DNA from: Candidatus Bathyarchaeia archaeon
GTDB lineage: Archaea > Thermoproteota > Bathyarchaeia > Bathyarchaeales > Bathycorpusculaceae
Assembly: GCA_050010755.1 (NCBI GenBank)
Contig: JBEKKK010000001.1
Location: forward strand, 288,001 to 352,000
Direction of reading: 5' to 3'
Length of the DNA stretch: 64,000 nucleotides
How positions within the stretch are numbered: position 1 is the stretch's first letter; every line of letters starts with the position of its first letter. Below the pieces are notes generated by a model. The model searched no databases. It was not told the DNA's origin and saw nothing but the letters and a program-made list of their open reading frames with translations. The position numbers and the translations under genes were made by a program. This document shows positions 59,964 through 64,000 of this stretch, piece by piece.

Positions 59964-60725
59964 TTAGAAGGTGTATTTGTCTCCCTGGGATAAGATGCGC
60001 TCCAAGCCTGCATTGAAGTTTATGATACCCTCGCTCGTCCTTGCTGAAAGTGGAATCAACGGAAATTTCATGCCCAGCTTGTAAATCGCCTGCATAACGT
60101 TTCGGCTAAGCAAGCGTTTCGTCCCATCAAGTTTTTCGTCAATTGCAGAAGATAAGGCGTTAGGGTTAGAGGACCAATCCACAACTCTGTCAACCTCCTC
60201 TTTGGGAAGTAAATCACACTTCGACAAGAGATGCATTTGAGGCAGGAGAAAGCGGTTGTAAACCGCTGCTGAGAGAAAAAGGTTAGAAACAAAGTTGAGC
60301 GGGTTGACCGAAAAAACGGCGTCAAACAGGTAAACTATGGCTTTCGGCTCGGCGGTGAGCTCGGCGACGATGTATGGTCCGCTGGCCCGAAATGCGAACA
60401 ACTCCATCTGCCCCGAGGTATCCACCAAAACTATATCACATTGTAGCTCCTCGATCTCTTTTGAAATCTTCTCGACTTGATCAGCGATCAAGTCTGCAGC
60501 CATTACCAAAGCCCCGTTGGGACCTAGACCATACTCTTCCATTAAATTGTCAACGTTAACGTAGTCACGAACATCCACTTCGGGCGAATAAGGAAGCGTC
60601 GACACTCCAGGATCCAGATTGACCGTCGCAACGTCCTGTTTGGACATTTTCAACCAATCGCTAAAAGCCGCAGTGAGCTGAGACTTGCCTGATCCTGCAG
60701 TTCCTATTATGAAAGCAACAAACAT
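59964..60725 (-). CDS. GPN-loop GTPase
   Basis: GTAGSGKS, NLDPG, GLGPNG, DTSGQMELF and SKCD. Confidence 0.93.
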   Translation of the reverse strand: MFVAFIIGTAGSGKSQLTAAFSDWLKMSKQDVATVNLDPGVSTLPYSPEVDVRDYVNVDNLMEEYGLGPNGALVMAADLIADQVEKISKEIEELQCDIVLVDTSGQMELFAFRASGPYIVAELTAEPKAIVYLFDAVFSVNPLNFVSNLFLSAAVYNRFLLPQMHLLSKCDLLPKEEVDRVVDWSSNPNALSSAIDEKLDGTKRLLSRNVMQAIYKLGMKFPLIPLSARTSEGIINFNAGLERILSQGDKYTF

Positions 60726-61123
60726 GTTCTACCAACAACCTTTGTTTAAACATGAAACGCAAGTATATCGAGACTTTGCTCTGAAGTTAAAGCTTTTCTC
60801 GTCAAGAAGGATTTTCGGGTGGCCGGCACTGGGGCTTTTGGGCCCTTGCGCCTTGACAGTAAAATGTACATATGCCGCTTATCCCAATGTTACTTTAACG
60901 GCCAGAAGGGCAGTGAAGATAGGGAAGAATGGGGACCGTCCTTGTGGAACTGTCTGTATCAGCCATAATCTTCGTTACCAGACCAACTTGTCCGAAGAAT
61001 GCATGTGTCCGAAGCCAGGCGTGGAACGCATACGCAAAATGGCTGTTGGAGGCTGTCGGGATGACACAAATTGTGACCAAGTAAACACTTGCTTTGATGT
61101 GTGTCGGATCAGCGTCAGATTTC

Positions 61124-61909
61124 TTATATTCGTACGGAAACTCTCTCTCGACGATCGAAAATACATGTGTGCGTGTAGCCCACTCTCTTTGCAAGTTTGG
61201 TCGCTTTCTTGAAACTTCGTCCGACATCTTCGGGTGCGTGGGCATCCGAACCGAACGTTATTGGAACGCCGTGCTTTTGCAGTATTCTCAAGAATTGTTC
61301 GCTCGGATAGATTTCTTTGCAGGGTCTTCTTAAACCCCTTGTGTTAATTTCTACACATACGTTTGATTCTGCTATGGTTTCCGCGGTTTCTTCCAGAATA
61401 TGTGAAAAATCGGTCTTCGGTTTTGCCCCGAAGATTTTGATGATGTCTGGATGTCCCAAAACATCGAAGAGGCGAGAACTGGCTGCGCTTTTCAGAAGGC
61501 TGAAATACTGAATGTAGAGCTGCCACGGGTCCCTCTTTAAATATTCATGCATTTCGGAAGGATCATCAAAAATCCAGTTACCGAGTACATGAACGGATCC
61601 TATCACGTAATCAAAAGGGTACTTCTGGATGGATTCTCTTATTTTGCAAATGTCATCAGGAAAATAGTCTATTTCGGTGCCCAGCTTGACAGGGACACTC
61701 GATCTTTCCTTGAATTCTACAAATTCGTGCAGGTAGGCCGGCATTTGTTGGATAAATCTGTCCGAACGTCCCTTGAGAGGACGCAGCAGAACATGCTCTG
61801 AAAAACCTATCTCTTCAATTCTTCTCTTCATTGCTGCTTGGACACAGTCTGCCATGCTTCCCTCAGCATCTGGAGAAGCTCGCGTGTGGATGTGATAATC
61901 TGCAACCAT
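61124..61909 (-). CDS. Histidinol-phosphatase HisJ/HisK-like PHP hydrolase
   Basis: DYHIHT, FSEH, IGSVH, GHPD, EINT and GSDAH. Confidence 0.88.
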   Translation of the reverse strand: MVADYHIHTRASPDAEGSMADCVQAAMKRRIEEIGFSEHVLLRPLKGRSDRFIQQMPAYLHEFVEFKERSSVPVKLGTEIDYFPDDICKIRESIQKYPFDYVIGSVHVLGNWIFDDPSEMHEYLKRDPWQLYIQYFSLLKSAASSRLFDVLGHPDIIKIFGAKPKTDFSHILEETAETIAESNVCVEINTRGLRRPCKEIYPSEQFLRILQKHGVPITFGSDAHAPEDVGRSFKKATKLAKRVGYTHTCIFDRRERVSVRI

Positions 61910-61953
61910 TCCATTGCACCTGTCTCTAGCTTCCGAAGAGAACGTTGTGAATT

Positions 61954-62781
61954 TCAGGTTCTGATTTTTCCGCCGTTCTTACGCACAAGCTCTGATAACT
62001 CAGATACTGACTTGTCCAAACGGTTTTTAGCAGTTTCAGGATCGTCGGCTGTTGTTGAAAAGTGAAGTTCAATGTGCGATCTCTTTCCTTCAACCTGAGC
62101 CACAGATTTGGTGTAGACATGCGATTTCACGTAAACGTGGGGGTTATGATGCATAACCCTGTCAATCAATGGTGCCAGATTTGATTCCATTATTTCTTCT
62201 ACATAAATGCTCGTCTCAAAAAAGGCAGATTTTCCAGCCCTTTGTTTAATAATTCCAGCTATAGACCCGTCAAAAATGGCCTCCATTTCGGGGGGAACAC
62301 CAGGCAACGCTATTATGAATGTTCCTTCCACTTCAGCCATCACACCAGGGGCAGTGCCAACAGGGTTGGGTAATGGCCGCGTGCCTTTCGGCAAAGTTGC
62401 CATCTTGACCCTTGGCGGCGTCAGTTCGATTTTCTCAGTCTTTCCGGTTTTCTCGAGGTAAGCAACATACTTTTGTCTCACCATTTTTAAAGCTTCTTCA
62501 TTGACTTCGAGCTGACGATTAAGACCCAAGGCGATTCCTTCAAGTGTTTTATCGTCAAACGTCGGCCCCAGCCCCCCTGTTGTTATTATGAAATCAGGTT
62601 TTCGACGTAGCGTTTCTTGCAGAGTTTCTGCGATTTCATCCAGTTCATCGCCTATAACTACAATCTTCTTGACCGTCAACCCGAGAGATGTGACGCGCCT
62701 GGCTAGCCAAGTTGCGTTCGTATTTAGAGTTTTTCCAATTAGTAATTCATTGCCCACGCAGATTATTTCCAAAGGGTTCAC
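61954..62781 (-). CDS. CinA N-terminal/molybdopterin-binding domain protein
   Basis: VGNELLIG, NTNA, TGGLGPTFDD, NPVGTAPG and LPGVPPEM. Confidence 0.9.
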   Translation of the reverse strand: MNPLEIICVGNELLIGKTLNTNATWLARRVTSLGLTVKKIVVIGDELDEIAETLQETLRRKPDFIITTGGLGPTFDDKTLEGIALGLNRQLEVNEEALKMVRQKYVAYLEKTGKTEKIELTPPRVKMATLPKGTRPLPNPVGTAPGVMAEVEGTFIIALPGVPPEMEAIFDGSIAGIIKQRAGKSAFFETSIYVEEIMESNLAPLIDRVMHHNPHVYVKSHVYTKSVAQVEGKRSHIELHFSTTADDPETAKNRLDKSVSELSELVRKNGGKIRT

Positions 62782-63051
62782 CCTTGTTTCTAGTTTAACA
62801 GCTTGTGAATATAACTGTCGCCAAGAGCAAGTTAGCTTTTTTTAAACGCAGTCATGCCCAAAATCTTGTCCACCCCAGAAATCGTTTCGGATTGAGATGT
62901 AATAGACCTAAAATCTGGCAGAACTGTCTTGCTAATTGACATTGAGTGTTGAGCTGAACGATATTTATAAACCTCAAGAGGGAATTAGAATTGACGATTT
63001 GGCAGAATCATACTGTTTGCTGATTTTTGGTTTCGAGTGCGGCGTCAGAGT

Positions 63052-63258
63052 TTATTCTTTCTTGCTTAGATACCATTTAAGGTATTCTTTTTTCTTTCTT
63101 TGCCGTTCTTCTTCCTTCGATTCCAAGTTGGGTTTCAGCTTATCTCTCAGTTCCATCAGTTCCTGTTGTGTCACCGACAGTCCGCAGCTCTTGCACACGT
63201 AATGTTTAGTGGCTATCATGTACTGCATTTCGCCACCACATTCCGGACAGTAGGGCAT
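63052..63258 (-). CDS. Small Zn-ribbon protein
   Basis: CPECGG...CKSCG and a basic tail KEYLKWYL. Confidence 0.75.
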   Translation of the reverse strand: MPYCPECGGEMQYMIATKHYVCKSCGLSVTQQELMELRDKLKPNLESKEEERQRKKKEYLKWYLSKKE

Positions 63259-63326
63259 TCTTGTTCACTTTTCTGCCTGAAGAAGTAGATTGGTTTGAGA
63301 AATACGTTTCGCCGTATCTGACAGGT

Positions 63327-63998
63327 TTACTTAACAAGATTTGACAAATTCGCTTCTTTAGCCAAACGAGTCGCCTTGTGCATTTCGTTGGATGTCAGCT
63401 TTCTTCCTAATTCCGGAACGTCAAATGCCTTCCACTCAGGTCTGTACTGAAACATGAGGTTCACCCTTGTTTCGGAACCCAGGTTTTGTGCAATCCAGTC
63501 AACGATTGGTTTTGTACAGCACTCCAGATGGTTCGGCAGAACAAGGATCCTTATTATGAGTTCTCCATATTTCTTGGCTTCCAAGTGGTTACGCATGCAT
63601 GTTTCCCAGTAGTTTCGAACATCGGAGATTTCGGTTGCACACCGCCCAGGTCCATACTTGAAATCTAATAAGTAAACGTCTGCAAAGCCTGCCAAAAGTG
63701 CCGCACTCTCTGAGCTGTAGTAGCTGTTGGAGTTCCAGACTACAGGGACGCTCGTTTGAACGTGTTTGAACGTTTTTAACCACTGCGGAAGCCACGGAGT
63801 AGGCTCTCCTCCCACTAGGTTAACATTCCTGCAATCTTCAAGACGCAACCGTTGAATCTCACCAGCCAGATCTACCGCGTCATACACTTGGCCCTTTTCC
63901 ATCCACTGAGACATCGTCCAGTTTTGACAATGCTTGCACCGCATCGTACAGCCTAGAGTGAAAACTGTTCCCGAAGGCACGAGCTCTGGCTCTTCGCC
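63327..63998 (-). CDS. PflX-like radical SAM protein, 5'-truncated by the window edge
   Basis: GEEPELVPSGTVF, CTMRCKHCQN, GGEP and QYRP. Confidence 0.85.
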   Translation of the reverse strand, partial: GEEPELVPSGTVFTLGCTMRCKHCQNWTMSQWMEKGQVYDAVDLAGEIQRLRLEDCRNVNLVGGEPTPWLPQWLKTFKHVQTSVPVVWNSNSYYSSESAALLAGFADVYLLDFKYGPGRCATEISDVRNYWETCMRNHLEAKKYGELIIRILVLPNHLECCTKPIVDWIAQNLGSETRVNLMFQYRPEWKAFDVPELGRKLTSNEMHKATRLAKEANLSNLVK

Positions 63999-64000
63999 CA

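Noticed and set aside
60730-61120. Cys-rich reading frames in the gap between the GPN GTPase and PHP genes
   Set aside because: The listed ORFs overlap real genes, and there is no clear start or motif.
1-64000. CRISPR arrays, IS elements, inteins, rRNA
   Set aside because: No regularly spaced repeats, transposase motifs or rRNA-like segments were seen. CDC48, GlmS and HypD have normal lengths.

Overview
A gene-dense archaeal chromosomal segment, most likely from a TACK-group archaeon such as Bathyarchaeia. The taxonomic call is an inference from the thermosome, FEN-1, CDC48, aEF-1beta, eS26, an arcadin-1-like gene, a GPN-loop GTPase, TruD and Trm5. No rRNA, intact tRNA, CRISPR array or transposase was seen. 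Two things stand out. (1) The pcm (protein L-isoaspartyl methyltransferase) gene is interrupted by a 32-nt insertion (48551-48582) that folds into a canonical bulge-helix-bulge motif. Cutting at the positions used by the archaeal tRNA-splicing endonuclease restores the frame and the conserved GQTxSAPHMV motif, so this is a candidate tRNA-type intron in an mRNA other than cbf5. (2) A ~16-kb cluster (2-18 kb) looks like an anaerobic hydroxyproline/proline catabolic locus. It holds a proline racemase/Hyp epimerase, a two-subunit aconitase X, a glycyl-radical HypD with its activase, an OCD/mu-crystallin reductase, an Aeropyrum-type proline dehydrogenase, a 2-oxoacid:ferredoxin oxidoreductase, an atypical M29 peptidase, an MFS transporter and an LLM oxidoreductase. 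The rest is mostly housekeeping genes and small hypothetical proteins. All family assignments come from motif recognition and memory of known proteins, not database searches.
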